DNA from: Pseudomonadota bacterium | GTDB lineage: Bacteria; Pseudomonadota; Gammaproteobacteria; UBA12402 | DNA: 61,109 nt | Assembly: GCA_038043025.1 (NCBI GenBank) | Contig: JBBTCW010000003.1 | Coordinates: forward strand, 1-61,109 | Reading direction: 5' to 3' | Shown: one piece after another, positions 12,116 through 22,906 of the stretch | Layout: each line of letters starts with the position of its first letter | Position numbering within the stretch: the first letter of the stretch is position 1 | The notes under the pieces: model-generated | Database searches by the model: none | The model's input: the letters and a program-made list of their open reading frames with translations, nothing else | What the model was told of the DNA's origin: nothing | Made by a program: the position numbers and the translations under genes

Positions 12116-14449
12116 TTATTTTGGCATGCCCGGCCATTCTTTGATATGTAAATCGCGTTGCGGAAATGCAATTGAAATGCCGTACTGTTTGAAGATTTTG
12201 TTAATGGCGATATTTAATTCGCTTCGCACGATGAATTTTAGATTAATGTTTCGAATGACGCAGTACACATCAAATTTCAGACTGTTGTCGCCAAATGCAG
12301 TAAAGAATGCGGAGCATTGTTTCGACGGATCATCTTTAATAACCTCCGGGTGATCGTTAACGACGCTGAGCAATAATTTTTGAACGAGATCGGTATCAGA
12401 GCCATACGCGACACCCACCGATGTATGCACTCGTCCGCTGACATCTTGAAACATTAAGTTTGTAATTTGTTTTGAAATCATTTCCGAGTTGGGCACAATG
12501 AGATCCGAATATTTTAATGTGCGAATTTGTGTATATCGAATGCGGATACGTTTTACAAAGCCTTCGACGCCATTAATGGATACACGATCACCGGGTTTAA
12601 CGGGTCTTTCTAATAATAAAATAATGCCGGACAAAAAATTATTTACAATGTTTTGTAAACCAAAACCAATACCGACGGAGAGCGCGCCTGCAATAATAGC
12701 GAGTCCGGCAAAGTCAACACCCGCTATTAATAAACTAATCAGCACCACAACACAAATACTGGTGTAAGCAACAATGGCGGCCAGTGCTTGTTGTGCGCCG
12801 ATATCCCGCACTTCTTTGTTAGGGTGTTCAAGTATATTGCGAATCCAGCGGATCAGTAAAAATGAAACAACAAAAAAAACAAATGCAGAAAATATTCTGG
12901 CGGGTATGAGATACATGCCGGTGATTTTAAATCCATTGGTCAGTGTTTCTATCAGTGCTTGAAAATGTGTTTCTGATAATTTCCAGACTCTCAGCAAGAC
13001 CAGTGCAAACCCACCCCAAATAACAATATATAATACGACGTGAAGCCATAATAATTCAGGAATTCTTTCATAACGTTTGACCCCCAGTTGGTGTCGTATG
13101 ATTTCTGGAAAAACAGAAGTATCTTGCACGACGCTGCGCAGCGTACCAATGGATGTTCTATGTAATAGCCATGTGATGAAGCCAAAGAGTAACGTAAGTG
13201 TAATGCCTTGTAACATATAGGATACGAGTTGTTGATAGCCAAACCATTCGGCTGCGACAAGCGTGATCAATGCCACGGTTAACAAGGAACTAATGATAAT
13301 ACGCACGCTGGGGTGGTGGTTTAATATTTTTGGTATACGATTAATCAACCAGAGAATACTGATTAAATTAATAATGAGCAGCGTGATAAAAGTCGTATGA
13401 GCGAGGTTCATGAATGAGTCTGGGAATGGCTGATCATGAAATAGTACGTAAAAAATAAAACCGAACAAGCATAATGCGAGCAAAAAACGCAGTCGCGTTA
13501 GTAAAGGATGCGCAACACTTTCGGATAATCCACTGACGGGGGGTAATCCGTGAAAAGGAAGAAAAAAGAAATAAATAAGCGCTGATAAAACTGCATAAAC
13601 AAATGTGCCAGATACAATGGTCAGTAAATAGGATTCGAGATGCGAAGGGTCTCCTAATACAGTAATATCTGCGGTTAATATCGCTAATAGGATGATGGGT
13701 GTAACATATCGTTTACAGGTGCTGAGCAGGGCTAAATTTATTTTTTCGGGAAATGTTTCGACAATTTTTAATTGGCTTAAGTAATTGTCGAGTGAAAAAT
13801 TTAATTGTATGCCGACAATCAGTCCTGCCAAGAGAAAAATCCCTAATAATCCAAGCGCAAGCGGCGTATGGATGGTTTTCCATCCGCCATATTCTGAGAA
13901 AAGTTGTGCATTAAATTTTTTTGGAATTTGTTTAATTTCAGTAATGCCCGTGATGAGGTTGGACCAAAAATCTGGCTTGACCGTCAGCAAACGTTTTGCG
14001 CTTAATTTTTTTACCGTTGTTTGAAATGCGGTGAGTGCTTCTCCCGAGCGCAAGACGAATAATTTACATTCGGACTTTTGTGTTTGTAGTTCCAGTTTTT
14101 TGGACTGAACATATTGTATAAATGGCGTATTCGTTTGTGCGCCTGGTTTTGTTTCTTCTATTTGATCGTCCAGTTTTGCGATGTCGTTTTGTGATTGATT
14201 CACGCATTCTTGCGCATTTTTTTGTAATCGGCTTAATATGCTCGAGGCCTTTTCTAAATTCTGAGGATTAACATTGACGATCGATAATTGAATGGTGAGC
14301 TTGTCTAATGTTCGATTGGCGTTTTGTACATCAAATGTTGATGCGCCAGGGAAGCCGTTTGATTCCACCAGATTTGATTGAGCAAATGCGATGCTGCAAA
14401 ATAGGGTGAGCGAAAACAGCGCGACCCATCGTGTCCATTTTTTTGGCAT
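12116..14449 (-). CDS. MscS/MscK-like mechanosensitive channel with periplasmic N-terminal domain
   Basis: Signal peptide, helical periplasmic region, multiple TMs, GALSVGIGFGLQNIVNNFLSGIILL.ERP, VGVAYGSD and IAFPQRDLH. Confidence 0.92.
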   Translation of the reverse strand: MPKKWTRWVALFSLTLFCSIAFAQSNLVESNGFPGASTFDVQNANRTLDKLTIQLSIVNVNPQNLEKASSILSRLQKNAQECVNQSQNDIAKLDDQIEETKPGAQTNTPFIQYVQSKKLELQTQKSECKLFVLRSGEALTAFQTTVKKLSAKRLLTVKPDFWSNLITGITEIKQIPKKFNAQLFSEYGGWKTIHTPLALGLLGIFLLAGLIVGIQLNFSLDNYLSQLKIVETFPEKINLALLSTCKRYVTPIILLAILTADITVLGDPSHLESYLLTIVSGTFVYAVLSALIYFFFLPFHGLPPVSGLSESVAHPLLTRLRFLLALCLFGFIFYVLFHDQPFPDSFMNLAHTTFITLLIINLISILWLINRIPKILNHHPSVRIIISSLLTVALITLVAAEWFGYQQLVSYMLQGITLTLLFGFITWLLHRTSIGTLRSVVQDTSVFPEIIRHQLGVKRYERIPELLWLHVVLYIVIWGGFALVLLRVWKLSETHFQALIETLTNGFKITGMYLIPARIFSAFVFFVVSFLLIRWIRNILEHPNKEVRDIGAQQALAAIVAYTSICVVVLISLLIAGVDFAGLAIIAGALSVGIGFGLQNIVNNFLSGIILLLERPVKPGDRVSINGVEGFVKRIRIRYTQIRTLKYSDLIVPNSEMISKQITNLMFQDVSGRVHTSVGVAYGSDTDLVQKLLLSVVNDHPEVIKDDPSKQCSAFFTAFGDNSLKFDVYCVIRNINLKFIVRSELNIAINKIFKQYGISIAFPQRDLHIKEWPGMPK

Positions 14450-14593
14450 TATCGTAAATCCATTATTTATTCCATTCTATTTATCATACAGGGAGAAAAC
14501 GTGAAAACGCAAGCGATAGACAAAACATCAGAATATGGCATAATCCAAGTCGGATTAGGGTCTGTTTAATACCTCACTATCAAGGAGAACCCC

Positions 14594-16198
14594 ATGGCCG
14601 CACGAATCGAAGACCAAGCGTATTATGAAAATATTATTGCGAAGATGCCGGGCAATGTTTACTGGAAAGATCTGGAGGGACGTGTTTTAGGGTGCAATAA
14701 TAATATGGTAAAATTCTTAGGATTTAACTCCTCCTCTGATTTAAAAGGCAAAACGGTTTATGATCTTTATTCAAAAGAAATTGCTGATAAACTTAGAGAA
14801 ACCGATTTACGGATCATGCAGACGGGTATCCCAGAAACAATAGAAGAAATAGCTCTATTAGATAATAAAAAATCAATATTTTTATCAAAAAAAGAGCCTC
14901 TCTATAATAATCAGGGAGAAATCATAGGATTACTCGGTATCTCCTTCAACATCACTCAACAAAAAGAACTGGAAAAGCAAGTCATGGAAGCCGCCGTTAA
15001 AGAGAAAGAACAAGAAGAACGTGCCCGCCAACAAGACTATTATGAAAATATTCTTGCCAATGTTCCTGGCCATGTTTATTGGAAGGATAAACAGGGGCGA
15101 TACTTGGGCTGTAATGACCAGATGGCTAAAACCATTGGATTAAGCTCTCGACACAAAGTCATTGGGATGACCGATATTGATATTGGTAAAACACTAAACT
15201 GGCCAATTGAGATAGCTCAGGGTTTTCGAAATGAAGATATCGAAGTACTTAAAAATGGTCAGCCGAAATATAACATAGAAAGTTCTCCGGTACGTAATGC
15301 TGAAGGACAAAAACTATTTTTATTGCGGAACAAAGTCCCGTTAAAAAATTCACAAGGTGAGATTATTGGTGTCATGGGTATTTCAGTTGATGTTACTGAA
15401 CTGAGAAAAACTCAAGCACAATTGCGCGAAGCTGCTGTCAAAGATAAAGAAAAAGAAGAGCAGATTCGCACCATGAGGATATTTGCCGGCGGCATCGCAC
15501 ATGAATTACGAACACCGCTTGCTGCTATCGTGGGGGCAGGAACAGGCATCGTAAAATTTATGCCGCGACTCGTCGAAGGATATAACCTCGCCAAAAATGC
15601 TAACTTAGATGTGCCCCTCATTCGCAAGGAGCATCTCGAGATTTTAAAAGATACCGCTGCACATATCGTACATGAAGGCGAATATTCATTGTCCATTATT
15701 ACCATGATGCTGGTGACCGCACAAAACGCCAACATTGATAATAAAAATTTTACAAACTTATCCATGGTTAATATCGTTTTGGAAGCGCTCAAGACTTTTT
15801 CATTCCAAGATCCTAACGATCAAGTGCTCGTGCATTTTATACAGGAAAATGATTTTCAATTTTGGGGAGATCCAACGCTAACGATACATATTATGTTTAA
15901 TCTCATCAAAAATGCTCTGTTTTTTATTCATAAAGCGCGAAAAGGGGAGATCACCATTTGGATGGAACATCAAAAAGATAAAAATATCTTGTATGTCAAA
16001 GACACGGGCGCCGGGATTCCCAAAGAAAATATGTCCCGTATTTTTGAGGGTTATTTTACAACACGTGACAATGGCACCGGCGTCGGATTACCACTTTGCA
16101 TGCGCATCATGAAAGCATTTAACGGCGAGATTATTTGCGAATCTGTTGAGGGGGAATATACAACGTTTATAATGACGTTTCCGCTTTTGAAAGATTGA
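14594..16198 (+). CDS. Cytoplasmic PAS-PAS sensor histidine kinase (LqsS/CqsS-like kinase core)
   Basis: Two similar PAS domains (YYENI...PG.VYWKD..GR.LGCN); H-box IAHELRTPL; N-box NLIKNA; G-boxes DTGAGI and GTGVGL; no TM segments and no adjacent response regulator. Confidence 0.9.
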   Translation: MAARIEDQAYYENIIAKMPGNVYWKDLEGRVLGCNNNMVKFLGFNSSSDLKGKTVYDLYSKEIADKLRETDLRIMQTGIPETIEEIALLDNKKSIFLSKKEPLYNNQGEIIGLLGISFNITQQKELEKQVMEAAVKEKEQEERARQQDYYENILANVPGHVYWKDKQGRYLGCNDQMAKTIGLSSRHKVIGMTDIDIGKTLNWPIEIAQGFRNEDIEVLKNGQPKYNIESSPVRNAEGQKLFLLRNKVPLKNSQGEIIGVMGISVDVTELRKTQAQLREAAVKDKEKEEQIRTMRIFAGGIAHELRTPLAAIVGAGTGIVKFMPRLVEGYNLAKNANLDVPLIRKEHLEILKDTAAHIVHEGEYSLSIITMMLVTAQNANIDNKNFTNLSMVNIVLEALKTFSFQDPNDQVLVHFIQENDFQFWGDPTLTIHIMFNLIKNALFFIHKARKGEITIWMEHQKDKNILYVKDTGAGIPKENMSRIFEGYFTTRDNGTGVGLPLCMRIMKAFNGEIICESVEGEYTTFIMTFPLLKD

Positions 16199-19100
16199 AA
16201 ATAGCGATTCTTTTTTGAATAATTTGCGTAGCCAAATCCGCCAATGTGAATGCATCGCGCATATCTCGCAAATTTAACTCAACCGCCCATTTTGTTTTGA
16301 TCTGTGATATGAGCTGCAATGCGGACAAAGAATGTCCGCCTAAATAAAAAAAATTGCTTGTTCGACCGATATGACCTGAAGGGACGCCCAGAATAGTTGC
16401 CCATAAGGCGGCCAAATTTTTTTCTGTATCCGTGCGCGGTAATTCGCACGCGTCTTCTGTGCATACCACTTCTGGATCGGGTAATGCTTTTTTATCTATT
16501 TTGCCGTTAGCGAATAAAGGGAAACGATCTACTATCACAAAATAACTCGGTATCATGTAACTGGGCAACCGATGTTGAATTCCTTGACGTAATTCTGCGA
16601 TATCGATTGTTTTGCCTTTTTTGGCGATCAGGTAGGCAATTAAACATAAGCCATTTTGTGCGACCGTGCGCGCAATGACAACAGCAGAATGCACATTGGC
16701 TTGTTGCAATAAATGGGCTTCGATTTCACCGCACTCTACGCGAAACCCGCGAATTTTAACTTGATCATCGATGCGACCGATAAATTCTAAATTGCCGTCG
16801 GGTAACCAGCGCACCAAATCGCCTGTTTTATATAATCGACCTTCGCCAAACGGGTTGGGAATAAATTTTTCTGCCGTTAAATCCGGACGATTTAAATAGC
16901 CGCGTGCCAACCCCGCTCCCCCAATATACAATTCACCCACTACACCCATAGGCAATAAGCAGCCTTGTCCATCTAAAACATAGAGATACACGTTATTTCC
17001 CGGTAATCCTATGGGCACACGATCACCATATAGATTCATATTAGATTGATTTAGTACAATACTGGTTACGGCAACCGTTGTCTCAGTCGGCCCATAATCG
17101 TTAACCACATAATGATCCGGATTAACATTTAACCACCGAGTAATATCATCATTCATTAAAGGTTCACCGGCAAAAACGATATATCGCAAATGCGATAATC
17201 GAAGTACTTCTTTTTGAACTGATAATAGTGTACGAAAATAGCTGGGTGCTAATTTAATATGAGAAATTTTGGTTACTCTTAAATGATTCAGATAATCTAT
17301 AGGATTGTTCTTTTTAATTTGGTCACAAAGTATCATGCGCGCACCGACGACTAATGGCAACAATACCGAAGATACTGAAAAATCAAATGCAAAAGATGAG
17401 GAACAATCAACGATGGCATGTGCGTCAAAAGCAAATGCATTTGAAAACCAAGAAATATAATTTACAACACTTTTATGTTCCAGCATCACCCCTTTTGGTT
17501 GTCCTGTTGAACCCGAGGTATAAATCACATAAATTAAGTTATCAGGATGAGTGATATGACAGGGATTGTTACAACATTCCTTGCTGAATAACTCCCCATC
17601 ATCCAAAAAAACCACCTTTCTATCAAAATCATACAATCCTTTTGCGGTCAGCAATATTGAGCATTGACTATCTTGCAATATGTCATGCATTCGTTGTTTC
17701 GGTAATAGGGGATCGATCGGCACGTATGCGCCACCCGCCTTCAAAATCCCTAAAATCCCAATGAGCATTTCAAACGAACGATGCAAACAAATTCCCACTA
17801 ACTTATCCGACGTCACTCCTTGTCTTCGCAAATAATGTGCCAGCTGATTCGCTTTTTCATTGAGTTCTCGATAGGTGAGCTGTTTATCCTCAAATATCAC
17901 CGCAATATTATTCGGCGTCTTTTCAACTTGCTCCTCAAATAATTGATGAATCGTCTTATCTTTCGGATAGGGCGCTGCTGTATCATTAAATTCAACCAAG
18001 AGTTGATGTTTTTCTTTTTCTGTTAAAAGATTTAGCCGATCAATCGATTCGGTTGGATTTTTTAAAATAGAATCTATCAATTGTCGATAATGTCCGATCA
18101 TCCGCCGAATAAAATCATCCTCAAATAAATCTGTTCGATATCCAACGTGACCTATAACGGCGCCCATCCGCTCATCTAATACAAACGTCAAATCATATTT
18201 CGTCGTATCCGTATGCAGCTCTAATTGATTGATATCCCAATGGTTTAACCCGACATCCGGACCCAAAACAAAAGATACTGAAAACGGTAATGGAGCCGAG
18301 CGTTTGATCGATTTTAATATTTCTTGAAAAGGGACGGCTTGATGACAAAAAGCCTCTTGTAAGTTCGCCCATATACGCTGCAATAACACCGAAAACGTTG
18401 GATTGTTGGATAAATCCGAACGCACAATCATCGTGTTTAAGAAATTACCCGCCAAGTGTTTGAGCTCGGGGCGATCGCGCCGTGATGCCACCGTGCCAAC
18501 CGCCAAATCAGTTTGCGACATGTACCGATATAATAAAACATTAAAAACAGTGAACAATACTGTAAATAAAGTGACGCCCTCTTGTTTGCTGTAGACGATT
18601 AATCGATCGGTCAGCGTCTTGGATAATTTTAAACGCTGTCGCTTGCCGACAAATAAATTTGCTTGATGGGATATTTTGGAGGATAAATTTAATGGCGGTA
18701 AAGCCGCTAATTTTTTCCGCCAAAATTGAATGTCGTTTGACCATTGCTTTGGTGATTTTTCCCAACAAGCATAATCCACATAACGGATGGGTAGTGAAGA
18801 AAGCATGTTTATCTTTTTTTTTTGTCGATAAAAATAATATAATTCATTTAAAAAAATATTCATCGTGATGCCATCGATAATCAAATGATGGAATGTGATA
18901 AACAAACGATAGTCCGTTTTATTTATCTTGATCAACAAAAATCGATATAATGGATCGTTTTCTAAATCAAATGGTTTTTTTGCATCTTCTGTTGCAAGAT
19001 GAATGGCACGCGTTAATCGGTTATCTACCGTGGTTAAATCAACAAACGGTAAACTGACAGAGGGCAAATCAATCAGTGTTTGTTGGCCATTCAAAATACG

Positions 19101-21047
19101 CACCTGAAAGACGGATTGTCGTTTTATCACCGCGTTTAAAGCGGATTTTAAATCAGCTGGATTGATCGCCTCTTTAAACGTGATATTCAGCGTCTCATTG
19201 TATAAAGGAGTGGTTCCCGCTAATTGTTGATGCAACCAAATTTGTTCTTGATGCGAGGAAAGCGGAAAAAATTGTCTTTCCGGATAACACGGAATCATGG
19301 ATGATTTTTCTGTTTCGGGCTTTAATGTTTGAATATGCTGTGCTAGTTGTTGAATACTCTCATGCGTAAAAATATCACGCGGCGTTAACATGACGCGAAA
19401 ATCAAATTCAATACGTTCTAATAAAAGCGGTATTAATAGCGAATGTCCACCTAATTCAAAAAATGAAGCATCACGCTCGATTTGACGAATCGATAATTTT
19501 AATACTTCTGCCCATATAGCGGCTAACTGATTTTCAAGATCGTTCTTGGGCAAATGTTTGGCGGTCTTTTTGGGTAATGGTCGCATTTGTAAGACTTGTC
19601 GATCAATTTTATGATTGGGTGTGAGCGGCAGGTTTTTTAATTCAATGATTTGAGAGGGCACCATGTGAGGTGGCAACTGTTGTTTGAGTTTTTTCCAAAT
19701 GCTTTGACTATGACTATCGCCGACCACATAGGCAATTAGACGCTCATCGACCATAACGACCGCGGCCTCTTTAATCGATTCGATCTGTTTTAATGCCTGT
19801 TCGATTTCTTCAAGCTCGACGCGAAATCCACGTACTTTGACCTGGTTATCGATGCGACCGATATAATCCAATTCGCCGTTTTCTAATTGACGCACTAAAT
19901 CGCCGGTTTTATACACACGGCCTGTGCCAAATGGATTGGGAATAAATTTTTCTGCAGTTAATTCGGGACGATTCAAATAACCGCGCGCGACACCGGCACC
20001 GCCAATATACAATTCACCTATTTGACCTTCTTCAACTAATTTTCCGAATTCGCTTACCACATAAGTTTGCACATTTGAAAGAGCAGTGCCGATGGTTGGC
20101 TTGCCGGTATGCGGCTCGCAAATTTTAAATGTGGCATAAATGGCGGTTTCAGTGGGACCATAACCATTCATAAAAAGATGATCGATTGCCCACTGATTGA
20201 CTAATGTTTCAGGACATGCGGCTCCAACACAGATAATCGTGTTTATATTGGGTAGCGATGTAACCGGCAACATACTTAAAAATGAAGGTGGAACCGTTAT
20301 GAATGTAATCGAATAATGTTGTAGCATTTTTAGAAATAACGCGCTAGGTAATAACTGATCGTATCGAACTAAAATTAATGTAGCACCTGAGCATAACGTG
20401 GGAAAAACTTCAGAAATAAATCCATCAAAACTAAACGATAAAAAAGATAAGGCTCTACATTTTGAAGATATATTAAACAAAACAATGACGGCTTGAATCG
20501 TATTTATCAGCGAACGATGTTCAATCATCACCCCCTTTGGCTGTCCCGTCGATCCCGATGTATAAATCACATAGGCTAAATGATGCGACTCGGCAAAAGG
20601 TGCTGGGTTTGTTTGAGGTTCCTTTGCAACCTCCTCCCAATTTTCTAAAAAAATAGTGTCGCCGCTAAAGTCACATAATCCTTTTGTCGTTAATAGAATT
20701 GAACATCCGCTATCTGCCAACATAAAATCAATTTGTTTTTTGGGATAGGCAGGATCGATTGGCACATACGCACCCCCCGCTTTTAAAATCCCCAAAACGC
20801 CGATGATCATTTCGAGCGAGCGATCAATGCAGATTCCCAGTAGCTGATCGGGCTTAATTCCTTGACGCCTTAAATAATGCGCTAACTGATTTGCTTTTTG
20901 ATTGAGTTCGTTATAGGTTAAAGACTGATGCTCAAAAATGACCGCGATATGATCGGGTGTACGTTCGACTTGTTGTTCAAACAACGCATGTATCGTCAAT
21001 GCAACAGATTGACGAACAGCGTTATGGTCAAATGGTTCCATGCTCAT
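16167..21047 (-). CDS. Non-ribosomal peptide synthetase, A-T-C-A-T architecture, no release domain
   Basis: Two A domains (YVIYTSGSTGQPKGV, YGPTE, YKTGD, QVK.RGFR); two T domains (FF.LGGHSL); C domain HHLIIDG; ends shortly after T2. Confidence 0.95.
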   Translation of the reverse strand: MSMEPFDHNAVRQSVALTIHALFEQQVERTPDHIAVIFEHQSLTYNELNQKANQLAHYLRRQGIKPDQLLGICIDRSLEMIIGVLGILKAGGAYVPIDPAYPKKQIDFMLADSGCSILLTTKGLCDFSGDTIFLENWEEVAKEPQTNPAPFAESHHLAYVIYTSGSTGQPKGVMIEHRSLINTIQAVIVLFNISSKCRALSFLSFSFDGFISEVFPTLCSGATLILVRYDQLLPSALFLKMLQHYSITFITVPPSFLSMLPVTSLPNINTIICVGAACPETLVNQWAIDHLFMNGYGPTETAIYATFKICEPHTGKPTIGTALSNVQTYVVSEFGKLVEEGQIGELYIGGAGVARGYLNRPELTAEKFIPNPFGTGRVYKTGDLVRQLENGELDYIGRIDNQVKVRGFRVELEEIEQALKQIESIKEAAVVMVDERLIAYVVGDSHSQSIWKKLKQQLPPHMVPSQIIELKNLPLTPNHKIDRQVLQMRPLPKKTAKHLPKNDLENQLAAIWAEVLKLSIRQIERDASFFELGGHSLLIPLLLERIEFDFRVMLTPRDIFTHESIQQLAQHIQTLKPETEKSSMIPCYPERQFFPLSSHQEQIWLHQQLAGTTPLYNETLNITFKEAINPADLKSALNAVIKRQSVFQVRILNGQQTLIDLPSVSLPFVDLTTVDNRLTRAIHLATEDAKKPFDLENDPLYRFLLIKINKTDYRLFITFHHLIIDGITMNIFLNELYYFYRQKKKINMLSSLPIRYVDYACWEKSPKQWSNDIQFWRKKLAALPPLNLSSKISHQANLFVGKRQRLKLSKTLTDRLIVYSKQEGVTLFTVLFTVFNVLLYRYMSQTDLAVGTVASRRDRPELKHLAGNFLNTMIVRSDLSNNPTFSVLLQRIWANLQEAFCHQAVPFQEILKSIKRSAPLPFSVSFVLGPDVGLNHWDINQLELHTDTTKYDLTFVLDERMGAVIGHVGYRTDLFEDDFIRRMIGHYRQLIDSILKNPTESIDRLNLLTEKEKHQLLVEFNDTAAPYPKDKTIHQLFEEQVEKTPNNIAVIFEDKQLTYRELNEKANQLAHYLRRQGVTSDKLVGICLHRSFEMLIGILGILKAGGAYVPIDPLLPKQRMHDILQDSQCSILLTAKGLYDFDRKVVFLDDGELFSKECCNNPCHITHPDNLIYVIYTSGSTGQPKGVMLEHKSVVNYISWFSNAFAFDAHAIVDCSSSFAFDFSVSSVLLPLVVGARMILCDQIKKNNPIDYLNHLRVTKISHIKLAPSYFRTLLSVQKEVLRLSHLRYIVFAGEPLMNDDITRWLNVNPDHYVVNDYGPTETTVAVTSIVLNQSNMNLYGDRVPIGLPGNNVYLYVLDGQGCLLPMGVVGELYIGGAGLARGYLNRPDLTAEKFIPNPFGEGRLYKTGDLVRWLPDGNLEFIGRIDDQVKIRGFRVECGEIEAHLLQQANVHSAVVIARTVAQNGLCLIAYLIAKKGKTIDIAELRQGIQHRLPSYMIPSYFVIVDRFPLFANGKIDKKALPDPEVVCTEDACELPRTDTEKNLAALWATILGVPSGHIGRTSNFFYLGGHSLSALQLISQIKTKWAVELNLRDMRDAFTLADLATQIIQKRIAIFNLSKAETSL

Positions 21048-21146
21048 TTCCCATAAAAAATTTTATTGCTTAGTTTAATACATCTGTATTAAAAATGGTA
21101 ATTTTCCTTTATACTTTTAGCGTTTTTATATGACAGGAGTGTCGTT

Positions 21147-22145
21147 ATGTCGAATGAGGAGCTAAGACCAGCATTTACGACGGATGCAAAGGTTTCAAAA
21201 TTACCCAAAAAACGGCTGTCGTGGTCAGCTTGGTTCAGCATCATTGTAGTGCTGTTAGTATTGGTCTGGCTTGGGTTTGTGGCTTATCAAATAGGGTGGT
21301 TTAAAAATCAAGCAACGACGGGTTGGGCGCAGGCTAAAGCGGACATTTGGCAATTAAGTCAGAGGCAGGCCGAGCAAGCGGAAAACATCACCGCGAACCA
21401 AATGGCTATCCAGCAAATGCTGCAGTTCAAAGGACAGCAAGCATGGCGGATACAGCAGGCGAGTTATTTAATTCAATTGGCGAGTGCACATTTGTTTTTA
21501 CAGCAAGATTTGTCAGCGTCATTAATTTTATTAAGGGCAGCAGAACGGGATTTACACGGCGTTCAAAGTGCACCGTGGCAGAGTGTTTCGCAAGCATTAA
21601 CAACAACGATCGTATCATTGCAATCACAAACCGATGTCAACGTATTAAATATTTATCAACGGCTGCAGTCGGCCAGTCTGGAAGTGGATGCCTTATCACT
21701 GTCACTGCCGTCAAAACTACCAGTCGATGCGACCGATTCAACGAAAAAGACAACGGCTCAACAGTCAGTATGGAAAACTGCGTTGAACATCAGTTGGCAG
21801 ATGATACAACAAGTGCTCGTGATTCGTCATCACGATGATACGGTGCCGCCCGTTTTATCCGACGATCAAAAACAGGTTGTTCGAATGCATTTAACCATGT
21901 TGCTCATGCAGGCAGAGTGGGCTGCGTTGCAGCATCAGTCAACGGTGTATCAGACGGCGCTCGCGACGGCACAAGCATGGGTTAAGCGTTATTTTTTGAG
22001 CAATGATCAGCCGACGAAAACCCTATTGCAAACGCTTTCTGATTTATCCAAGCAGAAAGTAACGTATCAATTATCGGCGGTAAAAACACTGTCACAAACC
22101 TTGTTGCAAGCGATGCAGCAAACGCAATCTAAGGAAAAACAATGA
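21147..22145 (+). CDS. hemX: HemX-family membrane-anchored coiled-coil protein
   Basis: N-terminal TM; W....A.YL..LA...L; V.IR......P; L..A..A......Y...L..A..W...YF pattern; precedes the hemY-like ORF. Confidence 0.8.
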   Translation: MSNEELRPAFTTDAKVSKLPKKRLSWSAWFSIIVVLLVLVWLGFVAYQIGWFKNQATTGWAQAKADIWQLSQRQAEQAENITANQMAIQQMLQFKGQQAWRIQQASYLIQLASAHLFLQQDLSASLILLRAAERDLHGVQSAPWQSVSQALTTTIVSLQSQTDVNVLNIYQRLQSASLEVDALSLSLPSKLPVDATDSTKKTTAQQSVWKTALNISWQMIQQVLVIRHHDDTVPPVLSDDQKQVVRMHLTMLLMQAEWAALQHQSTVYQTALATAQAWVKRYFLSNDQPTKTLLQTLSDLSKQKVTYQLSAVKTLSQTLLQAMQQTQSKEKQ

Positions 22146-22396
22146 TAGGGAAAATCATTTATTCTTTCATCGTCTTTGTTATTGCCGTTTGCATAGGGTT
22201 ATGGTTAAAGGCTGAGCCAGGTTATGTGTTGATTGCATATGGTCATTGGACAGTCGAATCGACGTTGTGGTTTGTCGTTGTTGCGTTAGCTATTTTTTTT
22301 GTTATTCTGCATTATCTGATGAAGATTATTGGTGGGATATGGGCAGTGCCCAGTCAATTGCGTCGCTGGCAAAAACAGCGTATGAATAAGGTATAA
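22142..22396 (+). CDS. hemY: HemY N-terminal membrane domain only (truncated; possible pseudogene)
   Basis: PGYVLIAYG.W.VESTLW between two TMs; only 84 aa, with no TPR region; def starts 3 nt after the stop. Confidence 0.7.
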   Translation: MIGKIIYSFIVFVIAVCIGLWLKAEPGYVLIAYGHWTVESTLWFVVVALAIFFVILHYLMKIIGGIWAVPSQLRRWQKQRMNKV

Positions 22397-22399
22397 ACA

Positions 22400-22906
22400 A
22401 TGACCATGAGAGAGATATTAATTTATCCGGATATACGGTTAAGAGCTGTTGCAGAGCCGGTGCATGAAATTAATGATGATATTCGCGCATTGGTTGATCA
22501 AATGTTTGATCTCATGTACGCGCAACAAGGCATTGGGTTGGCGGCAACGCAAGTGGATATGCCATTGTCTTTGATTGTGATCGATCTGCAGGATAAGTCT
22601 CATCCCCCATTGGTTTTAATGAATCCCGAGATTATAAAAAAATCAGATGCCATGGTAAATAGCGAGGAAGGTTGTTTGTCGTTCCCCAATATTTATGTCA
22701 AAGTCGCTCGTGCCGAAAAAATAAAATTTAAGGCACAAAATTTTGAAGGGAAATGGTTTGAGCGAGAGGCAGATGGTTTGTTATCTGTTTGTGTTCAGCA
22801 TGAAATCGATCATTTAGAAGGAAAGTTGATAGCAGATTATCTTTCTTCACTGAAAAAACATATGCTGCACAAGAAAATGAAAAAGTTGAAAAAAACGGTA
22901 TTGTGA
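22400..22906 (+). CDS. def: Peptide deformylase
   Basis: GIGLAATQ, EGCLS and QHEIDHL.G. Confidence 0.98.
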   Translation: MTMREILIYPDIRLRAVAEPVHEINDDIRALVDQMFDLMYAQQGIGLAATQVDMPLSLIVIDLQDKSHPPLVLMNPEIIKKSDAMVNSEEGCLSFPNIYVKVARAEKIKFKAQNFEGKWFEREADGLLSVCVQHEIDHLEGKLIADYLSSLKKHMLHKKMKKLKKTVL

